A DNA stretch of 64,000 nucleotides from an uncultured delta proteobacterium (GCA_963787125.1 CAWBBV010000006.1:96001-160000); one strand, 5' to 3'; counted from the stretch's first letter, positions 41,708 through 52,048 are shown. Notes: generated by a model not told the origin, from the sequence alone. Program-made: numbers and translations.

Positions 41708-41896
41708 TCAATCCTTCCAGAAAATAGCTGTAACAGGACACCCGTCGACGCACTGCTGAATTTTTGCTTCTGGTGCACCCTGCGGATTGTATGCAAGGGA
41801 AGCCCCGTTTTCGAGTCTGAATACTTCGGGGGCAACCGACACACACAGCCCACAGGCAATACACGCTTCACGATCAACTTCGACAATTTTTGCCAT
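41708..41896 (-). CDS. Single-cluster ferredoxin (62 aa)
   Basis: CIACGLC...CP motif; AGGAG SD before ATG 41896. Confidence 0.9.
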   Translation of the reverse strand: MAKIVEVDREACIACGLCVSVAPEVFRLENGASLAYNPQGAPEAKIQQCVDGCPVTAIFWKD

Positions 41897-41944
41897 AAAT
41901 AACTCCTTTGTTCTTTCGCTCAAGGTCTGGCACCAGGGCCAACC

Positions 41945-43090
41945 TCAAACTCTTTCGTACGGTTCAAACAATCTTTTATACTCATCCAAAGCAAACCTGT
42001 CGGTCATACCTGCTATGTAGTCGCATATAACCCGTTCCCTGCCGTAAAACTCCATTTTTTTCACATATTTTGCCGGAAGGAGTGACGGGTACGCTGAATA
42101 TGTCTGGAAAAGATTGGCAATATAGCGCTCAGCCTTTACTCTCATTCTCTCAACTTTATAGTGACGATAAAGATTTTCAAGCAAAAAAATCTTTAATTCC
42201 CTATTTTTCCTCACCAGTTCGGGGCTAAAACCAGCGACTATTTTATTTACCTGTCGCAGATCATCAAGAGAATTAATACTGTTCTCAGAAATCATCCTCG
42301 CTGTCTCACGAGTCAAATCATCAATAAAGAGGCCAATAAGCGAACTTATTGTCTGATGCTTCAAGCGTTCCGGGTCAGCATCCGGAAATTTATTTCTGAT
42401 CTGCTCATTAACTTCTCGCCAGAGTTGCACTTCGGACAGCTGCTCTAAAGTGATGTAGCCCGACTTGAGACCATCATCTATATCATGATTGTTATATGCT
42501 ATCTCATCTGCATGATTTATCAACTGCGCCTCAATAACCGGCACCACTCCAGGGAGAAACTCTTCTATCTGCCCGGTGGGGGTATCATAGGGGGATGAGT
42601 GCTTTATCAGCCCTTCTCTCACCTCAAAGGAGAGATTAAGCCCATTGAACCCGGCGTAACGCTCTTCCAGTTCATCCACAACACGCAGCGATTGGCGGTT
42701 ATGTTCAAACCCGCCATGATCGGTCATCAAGCGGTTCAGTACCTCTTCACCTGTGTGCCCAAAGGGGGTATGACCAAGGTCATGGGCAAGGGCCAACGCT
42801 TCTGTCAGTTCTTCGTTGAGCTGAAGTCGCCTTGCCACAGCCTTGCCGATCTGGGCAACTTCCAGAGAGTGGGTAAGGCGGGTCCTATAGTAATCACCTT
42901 CATGATTTACAAAAACCTGTGTCTTATACTCAAGCCTGCGAAAGGCGGCGCAGTGGATTATCCTGTCCCGGTCACGCTCAAAAGCAGGGCGATTATCGCG
43001 AAAATCCTCTCCATAGCGCCGACCTAGCGACAGATTGCTCTTTGCAGCATACCCGGCAAGGTCCGGACGTTCGACAGACTCCAGTTTCAT
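41945..43090 (-). CDS. dgt: Deoxyguanosinetriphosphate triphosphohydrolase-like HD protein
   Basis: AFRRLEYKTQV, RTRLTHSLEV, HDLGHTPFGH, DYIAGMTD; GGAGGTG SD before ATG 43090. Confidence 0.93.
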   Translation of the reverse strand: MKLESVERPDLAGYAAKSNLSLGRRYGEDFRDNRPAFERDRDRIIHCAAFRRLEYKTQVFVNHEGDYYRTRLTHSLEVAQIGKAVARRLQLNEELTEALALAHDLGHTPFGHTGEEVLNRLMTDHGGFEHNRQSLRVVDELEERYAGFNGLNLSFEVREGLIKHSSPYDTPTGQIEEFLPGVVPVIEAQLINHADEIAYNNHDIDDGLKSGYITLEQLSEVQLWREVNEQIRNKFPDADPERLKHQTISSLIGLFIDDLTRETARMISENSINSLDDLRQVNKIVAGFSPELVRKNRELKIFLLENLYRHYKVERMRVKAERYIANLFQTYSAYPSLLPAKYVKKMEFYGRERVICDYIAGMTDRFALDEYKRLFEPYERV

Positions 43091-43108
43091 CGTCACCTCC
43101 ATCTCCAT

Positions 43109-43136
43109 AAAATACCTGTGGCTGGCATGCTGTCAA
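43109..43136 (-). promoter_or_regulatory. Putative sigma70 promoter of dgt
   Basis: Minus strand TTGACA (43136-31), 16 nt, TATTTT (43114-09). Confidence 0.45.
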
Positions 43137-43220
43137 TTGGAAATGTTTGCTTGACGCTTCACAAGCATCATGATAAAGAGTTAATTCTTTAAATAACACG
43201 GCTTTATCACGGTTAAGAAG

Positions 43221-44306
43221 ATGACTTTCGAAAGTTTTAAACATTACATCCCGGATCATGTAAAAACCCTTCTCGGCTCAGAGAGCAAAGTCTGCATTAT
43301 AAATGGCAGCTGCGCATTCCGCAGCACCGCAGCAATGCCTTTCATAATTATGGCCTGCAACCCGAGGATAAAGCATGTCATCCCCGGGATAATGCGTGCA
43401 GCTGAAGAGTTGAATGCTTTGGTTGCCTTTGAGCTCTCAGCTACCGAAGGAGGGCTCGACGGCGGCTACACCGGTCAAACGCCGCAGCAGTTTGTTGAGA
43501 CCGTCATTGACTACGCTGAAAGAACCAGGTTTTCCAAACCTTTCATCATTCATGCTGATCATATAACAGTCAAAAACACCACAGCAAATGAACTGAAAAC
43601 CGCAGAACTACTGATTGAAGCACAGCTCAATGCCGGTTTTACTTCGTTCGCAGTTGACGCATCTTACAACTCGATACAGGAAAATATCTGCATCGCTGCA
43701 AAACTGCTGCAAAAGCTTCAAGATATGGGAGCAGGTCTGGAGGTTGAGCTTGGAGAGGTCACTCCGGTAGGACGTGAATCCAATCTTACCACCATTGAAG
43801 ATGCTGAAGAGTTCCTTGGCGGCTTGGCAGCAAAAGGGATCACTCCACACCTTTTGGCGATAGATAACGGCAGTAAAAGCGGCAACTATCTGGATGGCCA
43901 ACTGGTAAATATTGACCTGCAAAGAACCGGCGAGATTTTTGAAACGGCGAGAAGGTTCGGCGTCTCTGGCCTGGTGCAGCACGGGATAACCGGGACACCG
44001 CTGAGGATAGTCGGAAAACTTGCCGAGTACGGTGTCAGAAAAGGGAATATCGGCACTCTCTGGCAAAATGTCGCTCATGCCGGTCTACCGCCTGACCTTG
44101 TTGATGAAATGCGGGATTGGGCAAGGGAAAAGAAGCGGGATATAAAATACGCTACTGCCGTTTTTAGCGACAAGATAAACTCTATTCCGGCTGAAGATTT
44201 GAAACTGATCGCTGATCTGGCCTACAGGGAAGCAAAAGAGTTTATCACTGCTTTTCATGCCAAGGGGAGCGTTTCTAAACTGGCTGAAACGTTGCAACGC
44301 ATTTGA
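43221..44306 (+). CDS. Class II fructose-bisphosphate aldolase family protein
   Basis: GYTG, HADH, GFTSFAVDAS, LEVELGE, QHGITG, KGNIGT. Confidence 0.85.
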   Translation: MTFESFKHYIPDHVKTLLGSESKVCIINGSCAFRSTAAMPFIIMACNPRIKHVIPGIMRAAEELNALVAFELSATEGGLDGGYTGQTPQQFVETVIDYAERTRFSKPFIIHADHITVKNTTANELKTAELLIEAQLNAGFTSFAVDASYNSIQENICIAAKLLQKLQDMGAGLEVELGEVTPVGRESNLTTIEDAEEFLGGLAAKGITPHLLAIDNGSKSGNYLDGQLVNIDLQRTGEIFETARRFGVSGLVQHGITGTPLRIVGKLAEYGVRKGNIGTLWQNVAHAGLPPDLVDEMRDWAREKKRDIKYATAVFSDKINSIPAEDLKLIADLAYREAKEFITAFHAKGSVSKLAETLQRI

Positions 44307-44860
44307 GAGTAATATCCGGCTCTGCCCGCGGGAGAGTCCTGTTTCCTCCAGCAGGAAGCAGGATCAGACCGACCGCCGACAGGGTAAAAGAGGCTGTTTT
44401 CAGCGCCCTGGCAAGCAGGTTTGGGTCGTTTGAAGGCCTTGGCCTGCTTGATCTGTTCGCAGGCTCCGGTAGCCTGGGGATCGAGGCGCTCAGCAGAGGG
44501 GCAAAGAATGTGGTCTTTGTTGATTCACATCCTGAATCGATCAAACTGACCAGAAAGAACCTGGAGTCAACCGGGTTTGACAAAACAGCAACCGTTTTGC
44601 TGATGGAAGCTGCCCTGGCGATTCAGACTCTTTCCTTAAAAGGATCACTTTTTGACATAATTATTGTCGATCCGCCTTATGCAGAGAAAGAGTTAACCGC
44701 GGGAGTATTAAAACTGCTTGCCGACTCAAATCTGACCGCCCCGAACGGGGTTCTTGTTTTTGAGACTGACAACAAAAGTCAACTTATGACGCCTGAAAAA
44801 CTGCAGCTTTCCAGTAGAAAAGTCTATGGTGACACAGCAATCTGGACGTTCGAACAATAA
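44303..44860 (+). CDS. rsmD: 16S rRNA (guanine966-N2)-methyltransferase
   Basis: RPTADRVKEA, LDLFAGSGSLGIEALSRGA, DPPY; adjacent to coaD. Confidence 0.95.
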   Translation: MRVISGSARGRVLFPPAGSRIRPTADRVKEAVFSALASRFGSFEGLGLLDLFAGSGSLGIEALSRGAKNVVFVDSHPESIKLTRKNLESTGFDKTATVLLMEAALAIQTLSLKGSLFDIIIVDPPYAEKELTAGVLKLLADSNLTAPNGVLVFETDNKSQLMTPEKLQLSSRKVYGDTAIWTFEQ

Positions 44861-44894
44861 TTTACCAGTCACACATTTATTCAAAGGCCTAGAG

Positions 44895-45377
44895 ATGCCC
44901 AGAAAAACAGCGGTTTACCCAGGATCATTTGACCCGATAACTTACGGACACCTCGATATTATCAACCGTGCCTTGAAGATTTTTGACACTATTGTTGTCG
45001 CCGTTGCCTGTAATAACTCTAAAAATGCGCTCTTCCAGGTAGATGAGCGAATCTCACTCATCCGCGAAGTACTCGCAGGCGATGACCGTGTCAAAGTTGA
45101 CACTTTCGACGGCCTTCTGGTAGATTATGTGCTTACGCAAAACGCTACCGTTATTATCAGAGGCCTCCGGGCAGTTTCAGATTTCGAATACGAATTTCAG
45201 CTGGCTCAGATAAATCGTGGCATAACGCTGGAAGTTGAAACTCTCTTCATGATGACCTCGGTACCCTACAGTTACCTGTCATCATCTGTAGTCAAAGAGA
45301 TCAGTTCGCTTAGAGGACCGGTAGACAACCTCGTGCCACCGGTTGTCAGAAAAGCTCTTGAAGCAAAGTTTTCGTAG
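44895..45377 (+). CDS. coaD: Phosphopantetheine adenylyltransferase
   Basis: YPGSFDPITYGHLDII, RGLRAVSDFEYE, SSSVVKE. Confidence 0.96.
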   Translation: MPRKTAVYPGSFDPITYGHLDIINRALKIFDTIVVAVACNNSKNALFQVDERISLIREVLAGDDRVKVDTFDGLLVDYVLTQNATVIIRGLRAVSDFEYEFQLAQINRGITLEVETLFMMTSVPYSYLSSSVVKEISSLRGPVDNLVPPVVRKALEAKFS

Positions 45378-45409
45378 TATCAGAAGTATAAACCCTCAAG
45401 GAGAAACTA

Positions 45410-46714
45410 ATGAATCCATTGGCTGTTGAACTTAATGACCTGCTTACCCAACACAACCCGTACGTCCTGGAAATGTTGTCGGATTTAGGCAAAAATCTCT
45501 TTTTCCCCAAAGGAATCCTTACTCAATCAGCAGAAGCCAAAGAAAAAGCGTACAAATTCAATGCGACCATCGGCATCGCCACCGAAAAAGGTGGTCCGAT
45601 GTACCTTCAGTGCATCCAGGACAAACTTTCCGGCTTCGATCCAAAAGATATCTTCCCTTACGCACCTCCAGCCGGGAAACCGGAACTTCGATCCCTCTGG
45701 AGAGAGAAAATGCTGCGGGAGAACCCAAGTCAGCAAGGTAAGCATTTCAGCAACCCGATCGTCACCAATGCCCTGACCCACGGACTCTCCATCGTTGCCG
45801 ACATGTTCATCAACAAAGGCGACCACCTTATTCTTCCCGATATGCTCTGGGGGAATTACAATCTGACTTTCGGCACTTGTAGCGGCGCCATTGTCAAGAA
45901 ACATCCGACTTTCACCGTCAACGGCGGCTACGATGTTGACGCTTTTAAAGCTGAATTGCAGAACACCGCTGAAGAAAAGGGAAAAGCCGTGGTACTGCTT
46001 AACTTTCCCAACAATCCAAGCGGCTACACGCCAACAGTTGCCGAAGGAGATGCACTCGTAGCTGCAATTCTGGAAGTGGCTGAAGCAGGTTGCAATATTG
46101 TTGCTATAACTGACGACGCCTATTTCGGTCTCTTCTATGAAGACAGTCTTAAAGAGTCATTGTTTGGCAAGCTCGCCAACATTCACCCGCGCATTCTGGC
46201 GATCAAACTGGACGGTGCCACCAAGGAAGAGTTCGTCTGGGGCTTCCGTACCGGTTTCATCACCTTTGCCGACGGCAACAGCTACGAAAACACTCCGGTT
46301 ATAACCGCTCTTGAAAAGAAGACAATGGGTATCATCCGTGCCCGCATCTCCAACTGCCCGCACCCTTCTCAGACTTTTGCAGTTGAAGCTCTCCGTTCAC
46401 CAAAATTCCTCGAACAGAAAGAGGAGAAGTTTCAGATTCTCAAGGGCCGTGCCATTAGGGCAAAGGTCGTTCTTGACAGCGGCAAGTACGACGAAGCCTG
46501 GAGCTATTATCCGTTCAACTCCGGCTATTTCATGTGCCTTAAACTCAAAAAAGTTGATGCCGAAAAATTGCGTCTGCACCTGCTCGATAAATATGGTGTT
46601 GGTGCTATCTCCATCGGCAAGACTGATCTGCGGATAGCCTTCTCCTGTATTGAGGAACCGAACATTTCAGAACTCTACGACATAATTTTCCAGGCTGTTC
46701 AGGATCTGACTTGA
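45410..46714 (+). CDS. PLP-dependent aminotransferase class I/II
   Basis: NATIG, NFPNNPSGY, DDAY, DGATKE..WGFR. Confidence 0.88.
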   Translation: MNPLAVELNDLLTQHNPYVLEMLSDLGKNLFFPKGILTQSAEAKEKAYKFNATIGIATEKGGPMYLQCIQDKLSGFDPKDIFPYAPPAGKPELRSLWREKMLRENPSQQGKHFSNPIVTNALTHGLSIVADMFINKGDHLILPDMLWGNYNLTFGTCSGAIVKKHPTFTVNGGYDVDAFKAELQNTAEEKGKAVVLLNFPNNPSGYTPTVAEGDALVAAILEVAEAGCNIVAITDDAYFGLFYEDSLKESLFGKLANIHPRILAIKLDGATKEEFVWGFRTGFITFADGNSYENTPVITALEKKTMGIIRARISNCPHPSQTFAVEALRSPKFLEQKEEKFQILKGRAIRAKVVLDSGKYDEAWSYYPFNSGYFMCLKLKKVDAEKLRLHLLDKYGVGAISIGKTDLRIAFSCIEEPNISELYDIIFQAVQDLT

Positions 46715-46786
46715 TAAATCGGGGAATGTACCGGATCGGGACAGAAACAGCAAGCTGACGGAAGCATCTAGAATATTATTATTTTC

Positions 46787-46816
46787 AAGGCGGGTGGCCA
46801 ACACCTGCCTTTTTTT
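46787..46816 (+). terminator. Intrinsic terminator
   Basis: AAGGCGGGTG-gccaa-CACCTGCCTT followed by a T run. Confidence 0.8.
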
Positions 46817-46900
46817 GCTCCCTGCCCTTCCTGAGGCAAAAGCTTCAACGCAGGCATGCTGGTAGCGCGGGTGAATTAAGCCGTACTTGACCTTGCGGCG

Positions 46901-47122
46901 CTACGCCATCATTGCCGTTGATTGACGAGACACGATCAGTGCCTTGTCTGCCCGGTTCAGACTCTTGATCTGCGCCTCTCTCTTGGCGGCGCTGCTACGG
47001 TTGTGGCCGCTCTCAAGATAGACCACCTTGAGCGGCTGCCGACCGCGGAAATACCTTGCTCCCCTCCCTGCTGCATGCTGGCGAAAGCGGCGGTCAATAT
47101 CTGTGGTTATCCCGGTATAGAG
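46901..47122 (-). pseudogene. 5'-truncated GIY-YIG nuclease (UPF0213/YhbQ-like)
   Basis: LYTGITTDIDRRFRQHAAGRGARYFRGRQPLKVVYLE...SSAAKREAQIK; in-frame TGA five codons upstream, no start codon, first (GIY) strand missing. Confidence 0.85.
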
Positions 47123-47554
47123 GTGAGAAAGAGAGATTCATTGTGGGAGTTTGAAGGTGATGTAACGCATTTGAGGCTTCTCGAACTGTTCAAGTATCGG
47201 AGCAGAATTGTTGAAGACGGTTATGTTGGATTATCCAATTTCCCCGGGGCTCGAGGGTTCATTAATCCTATGATCAAAGTTTACTTTAACCTCAATAAAA
47301 TTACCACAGAACAGGTTCTGCATGTGGGAATGACCTCTGACCCGGAGAAGTTAACAAGAGCAGAGAAAAGCTCGTTTTTTGTACTGGACGACGATTTGCG
47401 ATTACATGATCTTAGCGACCAGGTCAAAAACCTGCTTTTGCTCTGCAGACAGGCAAATCTTAATCCGTCGATGCCGGAATATATCAAGGAAATCAATAAG
47501 ATTACGATACAGACAAATCTAAAAATTGATGAGATTACCCATAAGGTCCAATAA
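47123..47554 (+). pseudogene. 3' part of an unidentified gene, probably 5'-truncated
   Basis: Protein-like half of ORF 46922-47554; the first 67 codons of that ORF are only the antisense of the GIY-YIG remnant. Confidence 0.45.
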
Positions 47555-47693
47555 AAATACTGCCGAATTTATCAACCCCGAAAATTCATCGGCACAATCC
47601 GGGTACCAGGCCCCTTCTCACCCCTCGCCAGCCGGAATTCTCGCCGGTTAGCGAGTATGGATTGCCCCAGAGCCTCTTCCCATATCCCGCTTT

Positions 47694-48098
47694 TCAGTGA
47701 TCCCGATACCCCAGCACCACCAGTATGCAGCTTCCATCGGCAATTACATTTACACCACTGTCAATGCACTGCTTAACGGCGGCAGCACTCTCTGCTCCCG
47801 GCTGCATCCAGATATTGCTAATACCTTTTGCTATCGCCTCAGCAACCACTTTCTCTGTCACATGCGGCGGTGTAATTACCGAGATACTCTTGACGTCATC
47901 CGGCAACTCAGAAACTGTAGCAACCGTTGCCAACCCTTCAATGATTTTTTCTTTCGGGTTTACCGGTACGACCTCAAGACCGTTCATCTGATAGCATCTT
48001 AAAACTTTGTTGCCGTATTTACTTCTGTCAGCAGAAGCACCAACAACAGCAAACCTCTTCTCTGCAAGGAATAAATCCAACCGCTCATCTCCGCTCAT
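47694..48098 (-). CDS. CoA-binding protein (YccU-like)
   Basis: AVVGASADRSKYG, PVNP, IWMQPGAES, CILV. Confidence 0.9.
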   Translation of the reverse strand: MSGDERLDLFLAEKRFAVVGASADRSKYGNKVLRCYQMNGLEVVPVNPKEKIIEGLATVATVSELPDDVKSISVITPPHVTEKVVAEAIAKGISNIWMQPGAESAAAVKQCIDSGVNVIADGSCILVVLGYRDH

Positions 48099-48211
48099 TT
48101 AATTCCCCCTAAATATTTTAATGAACAACCTAACTGACTGATAAACTGAAGTATTAAATAAATTTATTTTGATTTGTCCAGCTGAAACACTTATTGTAGA
48201 TTCATATCTTA

Positions 48212-48544
48212 ATGAGAGAGTGGGAAATGGCCAGATTCGTAATAAGAAAGCTTGATCGCTTCATCAACTTCCTAACCATAGCCGTTATGATCAGTGGTGG
48301 ACTGTTTATTCACATTTTGACTGCCCTGACAATAAAGAGCTACTACGGCTCACCCTGGGGGTATGTCTCTTTTTTCCTGCCCGGTATTGCCGAATTTTAC
48401 CTGGTTGCGCTCCAGTTAAGTGAGAGTATGTATAACTACATGATTCTCCTTGCCGGCTTTATCTCTGTAGTAACTGCTCTGTGTGTAATCCGGCACATCA
48501 AGAATATTTGCAAATCCAGAATGGAAACTGCTGTAGAGTTTTAA
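48212..48544 (+). CDS. Hypothetical small membrane protein
   Basis: 110-aa ORF with ~3 hydrophobic segments; TTGATT-17-TATTGT upstream. Confidence 0.55.
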   Translation: MREWEMARFVIRKLDRFINFLTIAVMISGGLFIHILTALTIKSYYGSPWGYVSFFLPGIAEFYLVALQLSESMYNYMILLAGFISVVTALCVIRHIKNICKSRMETAVEF

Positions 48545-48569
48545 TTTTGACTTTCCGCTTTTCAAACTC

Positions 48570-50189
48570 CTAACGTTCTTCCAACTGCTCCTTCTGCGGT
48601 ACATACCATTTGACGAAATTATGGCCTATCCCCGCCGGAGCAGGCTCAATGCCTCTGAATCTGGCGCTTATTACCGGCAGTGCAGCCGGTACATAAAGAA
48701 ATGTGTATGGCTGTTCATCAGCAATAATCTCCTGCATTCTGAAATAGCATTTCTTGCGTTTATCCTTGTCAAAAGTCCCTCGCCCCTCTTCCAGTAACCG
48801 GTCAACCTCCGCATTTTTATAACCGATGAAGTTCAGCTCTTTGGCGCCGGTCTTTGACGAATGCCAGATGTCGTACTGATCAGGATCCTGAGAAATACTC
48901 CACCCCATCAAAACCACGTCAAAGTTCCGTGTATCAATATAGTTAGTCAGGAGTGATGCCCACTCAAGAACCCTGATATTTACATCAATACCGATCTTTT
49001 TAAGCCGGTACTGAACTATCTGGGCGGTCTTGATGCGTTGCTCGTTCCCCTGATTGGTGAGGATGGTAAACCTGAAGGGCTTGCCTTCTTTTGAGAGCAG
49101 CCCATCTTCACCTTTGAACCAACCGGCTGAAGCAAGAAGTTTTTCTGCTCGCGCCGGATCATAAGGAAAAGGCTTCAAATCGGGGCTGTTAGCCCATGTC
49201 CCGGGCTGAAACGGTGTATGTCCAGCCAGCCCAAGCCCGAACAGTACCCCCTGAACCAACTCTTCCTTATTGATAGCGCAGGTAATGGCCTGCCTGACTC
49301 TCTTGTCGGTAAAGAGCGGGTTTTTGAGATTGTAGCCGAGATACGTATAAGACGGGACAGGATAGGTGAATTTGTTAAAACGCTCAAGAAAGTCGCGGGA
49401 ATTTGTCTGCCTTTGATACTGGACAGGAGTCAGACTCATCATGTCGAGACCGCCGGCCTTCAGCTCCATGTACATGGTAGATGTATCCGGGATTATTCTG
49501 AAGATCCGCCGCTCTATGTATGGTCGCCCCTCAAAATAGTTATGATTGGCTTCGAGAACAACACGCTGCCCCGCAGTCCACTCACCGAACTTATAGGGAC
49601 CTGTTCCGACTGGATTTCTGGCAAGGTCACTCTTGGTGATATCTTTGCCTTCAAGGAGATGTGCAGGCAGGATGTTTAGCCCCCAGGAAGCAAGTGCCGG
49701 CGCAAAGGGTTTGGCATAGACAACTCTGAAAGTGTAGCGATCAAGCTCCTCGGCTTTTTTAACCTGGAGGAAATCCTCTGCATAGGCGGTAGGGGTTTTG
49801 GGGTTGATAATGGTTTTGTAGGTATAAAGAACGTCATGAGCCGTGAATTCATGGCCATCATGCCACTTGACACCTTTCCTCAGGAAAAAGGTGATGGTCA
49901 AGCCATCGCGCGAGACTTCCCAGCGCTCGGCAAGATCGCCGATCAGATTAAGGTTTTTATCGTACTTGAGTAAACCGTTATATATGAGTGAAGCGACTGA
50001 GTGTGAGGCGGAATCGGAAGCCAGTATCGGGATAAGGGTTGAAGGTTCGCCAATAGAGCCTTCAACCAGAGAGTCACCATAGGCAGGGGTGCCCGGCTCC
50101 CTGGGAACAGCTTTGAAGGATTCGTCGCTGACTGTACAGGAAATCAGCAAGAGCAGCAGCAAGGGTAAGAGGGCAAAAAGCCGACTCAT
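48570..50189 (-). CDS. Peptide ABC transporter substrate-binding lipoprotein (family 5)
   Basis: Lipobox LISC, DLAERW, LRKGVKWHDG, PVGTGPY, DKRVRQA. Confidence 0.9.
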   Translation of the reverse strand: MSRLFALLPLLLLLLISCTVSDESFKAVPREPGTPAYGDSLVEGSIGEPSTLIPILASDSASHSVASLIYNGLLKYDKNLNLIGDLAERWEVSRDGLTITFFLRKGVKWHDGHEFTAHDVLYTYKTIINPKTPTAYAEDFLQVKKAEELDRYTFRVVYAKPFAPALASWGLNILPAHLLEGKDITKSDLARNPVGTGPYKFGEWTAGQRVVLEANHNYFEGRPYIERRIFRIIPDTSTMYMELKAGGLDMMSLTPVQYQRQTNSRDFLERFNKFTYPVPSYTYLGYNLKNPLFTDKRVRQAITCAINKEELVQGVLFGLGLAGHTPFQPGTWANSPDLKPFPYDPARAEKLLASAGWFKGEDGLLSKEGKPFRFTILTNQGNEQRIKTAQIVQYRLKKIGIDVNIRVLEWASLLTNYIDTRNFDVVLMGWSISQDPDQYDIWHSSKTGAKELNFIGYKNAEVDRLLEEGRGTFDKDKRKKCYFRMQEIIADEQPYTFLYVPAALPVISARFRGIEPAPAGIGHNFVKWYVPQKEQLEER

Positions 50190-51907
50190 TTTTCTCCACT
50201 CTCACCCTTGATTTTCTTGATTTTGTCGGCAATGTCCTTACGCTCAGGTTCTACAAGAAGAATCTGCTTGTAGACCTTGACTGCATTCTTATTGTCATGA
50301 ACCGCAAGATACGCATCGGCCAGATGACTTTTGATGGTCATATCGTCATCAACTATTTCAGCGGCTCGCTCAAGCTCTGAGACAGCATCTCTGTAGCGTT
50401 TCAGCTTGTAATACACCCAGCCAAGACTATCAAGAATGAAACCGTCATTGGGGCGAAGTGCTGTCGCCCGCTGAAGTAGCAACAGAGCTTCTTCAAGATT
50501 GGTTCCTGTCTCGGCATAAGTGTAGCCCAGATAATTAAGAGCCTGGGGGTCATCAGGAGTTATGCTGAGAGTTTTTCTCATCCGTTCAACAAGTTTATCC
50601 CTCTCGCCAAGCTTGTCGTGAAGTAGTCCGATTCTGAAATGAATTCTGGCGTCATTGGGGAATTCGCCTTCAACGGCAAGAAGAGTATCAAGAGCCTCTC
50701 TGTAGCGCTTCTGCCCCTCGTAGACTCCGGTAAGATGAAGATAAAGATCAAATTTGCTCTTGTCGGCGGCAATAGCGTCTTTAAGCAAAGCAATACCTTT
50801 GTCGCCGTTACCTGTTTCCAGATAAAGATAAGCCATATGCCCAAGTGCATCAGTGTAGTTAAAGGCGCTCGACGGGATCTTGGCAAACTCATCAATCGCC
50901 AGTTGCAGATCACCCTTATCTTCAAGTGCCGAGGCAAGATAAAATCTCACCTGACTCGCCTTTGGTTCCTGAGCAAGGATAAATTCGAACTCCCTGATGG
51001 CGTCAGCATACTGCTCCATTTCGAGATATACCAGACCGGCCTTGCGGCGGGTATCAAGCCCCCCGACACCTCTGGAAATAAGAGTTTTGAGTATCTTAAG
51101 AGCATCATCCAGGCGCTTTTCCTGAATATAAAGCTGCACAAGGTGCTGCATGACAGAAAAGTTGTGTGGATTTACCTGCAGTAGCGCTTCAAAAGAACGG
51201 ATCGCCTCACTTCTTTCCCCTTGTGCCTCAAGAGAGAGACCAATATCAAGATAGACGGGCTCAAAATCCGGCTTAAGCTCCAACACGCGCCGGTAGTAGA
51301 CCAGAGCCTCTTTGGGAAGCTTCATCTGTTCATAACTCTTGCCGAGGTAATAATATGCCAGAGGGGCGTCCGGAGTCTTCTCAAGGAGCGCCTTCAAGGT
51401 TTTAACAGCCTCTTCGTATTCAAAAATCCGCAGGTAGGTAATGGCAAGCTGCAGATAAGCCTCTTCCTTGTCAGGCAGAAGCTCGATCCCGCGTTTATAA
51501 TGTTCGATGGATCCTCTCTCCTGTTTAAGCCCGGAAAGTATATTGGCAAGAAGAAGCTCTGCTTCACCCAGTTTGGGATTAAGGGCAATAGCAGTACGGC
51601 AGGCGTTTATCGCTTCCGGTATCCGGTTTAGTTTCAGATAAAGATCGGCAACCGAGGCGTGCAGAAAGGCACTCTGGGGGTCAGCTTCAACAGAAGCCTG
51701 GAGGAGGGTGACAGCACCATCATAATCACCTTCAAGAGCGTGAAGCCTGGCTAGCGAGAAGAGGTACATCGAGCGGGACTCAATAATATTGAACACCGGC
51801 GGAGCATCGACAGGCCTCTCAAACGTATCCGGCATGACGTAACGCTCAGTCGCACAGCCGACCAGCAGAAAGAGGAGCAAACTCAAATTGAAAATTAATC
51901 TTGACAT
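50186..51907 (-). CDS. TPR-repeat lipoprotein (start may be GTG 51925)
   Basis: Lipobox LVGC; many TPR repeats; ALNYLGY and DSLGWVYY motifs. Confidence 0.85.
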   Translation of the reverse strand: MSRLIFNLSLLLFLLVGCATERYVMPDTFERPVDAPPVFNIIESRSMYLFSLARLHALEGDYDGAVTLLQASVEADPQSAFLHASVADLYLKLNRIPEAINACRTAIALNPKLGEAELLLANILSGLKQERGSIEHYKRGIELLPDKEEAYLQLAITYLRIFEYEEAVKTLKALLEKTPDAPLAYYYLGKSYEQMKLPKEALVYYRRVLELKPDFEPVYLDIGLSLEAQGERSEAIRSFEALLQVNPHNFSVMQHLVQLYIQEKRLDDALKILKTLISRGVGGLDTRRKAGLVYLEMEQYADAIREFEFILAQEPKASQVRFYLASALEDKGDLQLAIDEFAKIPSSAFNYTDALGHMAYLYLETGNGDKGIALLKDAIAADKSKFDLYLHLTGVYEGQKRYREALDTLLAVEGEFPNDARIHFRIGLLHDKLGERDKLVERMRKTLSITPDDPQALNYLGYTYAETGTNLEEALLLLQRATALRPNDGFILDSLGWVYYKLKRYRDAVSELERAAEIVDDDMTIKSHLADAYLAVHDNKNAVKVYKQILLVEPERKDIADKIKKIKGESGEK

Positions 51908-51946
51908 TAAATCCTGCCCTTTCACGATAGCCTTGTAAGTTCTCAG

Positions 51947-51975
51947 AAATTAACACAAGTATGCAGAGTCGTCAA
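51947..51975 (-). promoter_or_regulatory. Putative sigma70 promoter of the TPR gene
   Basis: TTGACG, 17 nt, TAATTT with TGn extension. Confidence 0.55.
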
Positions 51976-52019
51976 ACGAGTTTGTTGCGATTATTGATAA
52001 CTACTGAATAAACATCCTA

Positions 52020-52048
52020 TTGCTTTTGAGATGAAAATATCCTATTAT
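52020..52048 (+). promoter_or_regulatory. Putative sigma70 promoter of ppiD-purC
   Basis: TTGCTT, 17 nt, TATTAT. Confidence 0.5.

Noticed and set aside
46922..47554. 210-aa ORF as a real gene
   Set aside because: Its first third is the antisense of the GIY-YIG remnant; treated as a chimera
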